Positions 63,537 to 64,000 of a stretch of 64,000 bases of DNA are shown piece by piece. A program made the translations under genes and the position numbers. Source of the DNA: an uncultured delta proteobacterium (GTDB lineage Bacteria > Desulfobacterota > BSN033 > UBA1163); the NCBI GenBank assembly GCA_963708295.1, contig CAVPSJ010000017.1:192001-256000 (forward strand), written 5' to 3'. The notes under the pieces are model-generated. The model did no database searches. It worked only from the letters and a program-made list of their open reading frames with translations, and was not told the DNA's origin. The stretch's first letter is position 1. Each line of letters opens with the position of its first letter.

Positions 63537-64000
63537 ATGAAAGACGACAAGATGTTTCAGGAACGAAGGGCTCGGATCAATGAGCTTCGGGCCAAGAATG
63601 AGCGGATGACCTGCCGGGAAAGGGCCCTGATGGGCGTCAAGACATCAGGAACCCGACCGGGTCCCGATCGACAACTGGATGGTCCCGGAGATCCAGAAGA
63701 AGACGATGGAGTACTTCGGTTGCGACAACTATGAGGAACTGCTCGACTTCCTGGGGGTCGACTTCCGCAACAACTACGGGCCGAGCTATGTGGGTCAATC
63801 GTTCAAAAAGCATCCCGACGGAACGGTCGAGGACCTCTGGGGGGTCAAACGCAAGACCGTGGTCTACGGAAAGGGGACATCCCACCAGGGAAGCTACTCC
63901 GAGGTTGCCGAGTCGCCCCTCGAAAAAATGAAAACGCTGGAAGAAATCGAAAAATACGACCACTGGGCCAGTCCCGACTGGTGGGATTATTCGAAGGTCA
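63537..64000 (+). CDS. Uroporphyrinogen decarboxylase-family (MtaA/CmuA-like) methyltransferase, partial and frameshifted
   Basis: MTCRERAL..(EPDRVPID)..LGVDFR..EDLWGV..WASPDWWDYS across frames; follows the corrinoid gene. Confidence 0.7.

Noticed and set aside
489-63734. Frameshifts in the TctC, DUF429, DUF481, nitroreductase, corrinoid and methyltransferase genes as programmed frameshifting
   Set aside because: Scattered single-base indels, several in short homopolymers and densest at the window end, with no slippery-site pattern. Sequencing error or recent decay is more likely; raw reads are needed.

Overview
A 64 kb chromosomal segment from an anaerobic bacterium; gene content suggests Desulfobacterota/Deltaproteobacteria (inference). 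The left part (1-23.6 kb) holds housekeeping and accessory genes: a DEAD-box helicase, typA, USP, YbhB, Tim44, a YyaL-type protein, the BrnT/BrnA toxin-antitoxin pair, Fur with an ECF metal transporter, dusB, prmA and rsmE. The centre (23.7-37.3 kb) is a class II benzoyl-CoA reductase cluster, bamBCDEF, with in-frame Sec UGA codons in bamE and bamF, followed by a membrane FeS oxidoreductase and etfBA instead of bamGHI. The most striking region is 39.5-46.2 kb. It encodes three signal-peptide-bearing UGSC-type (U-x-x-C) selenoproteins that the ORF track splits at UGA, two exported CxC rhodaneses and a MauE/DoxX membrane protein, together a candidate uncharacterised extracytoplasmic selenium/sulfur redox system. 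An ORF-less class IIC group II intron sits directly behind its terminator. The right part has cmoA/ICMT/aroA-like genes, an enoyl-CoA hydratase, two tandem compact HAO-family octaheme cytochromes, a ParA fused to a glycogen-binding domain, orphan 3' copies of etfA and of the hydratase gene, nested miniature palindromic elements and a frameshifted corrinoid/methyltransferase pair. Several single-base frameshifts are probably sequencing errors. All family assignments are by motif recognition; no database search was run.
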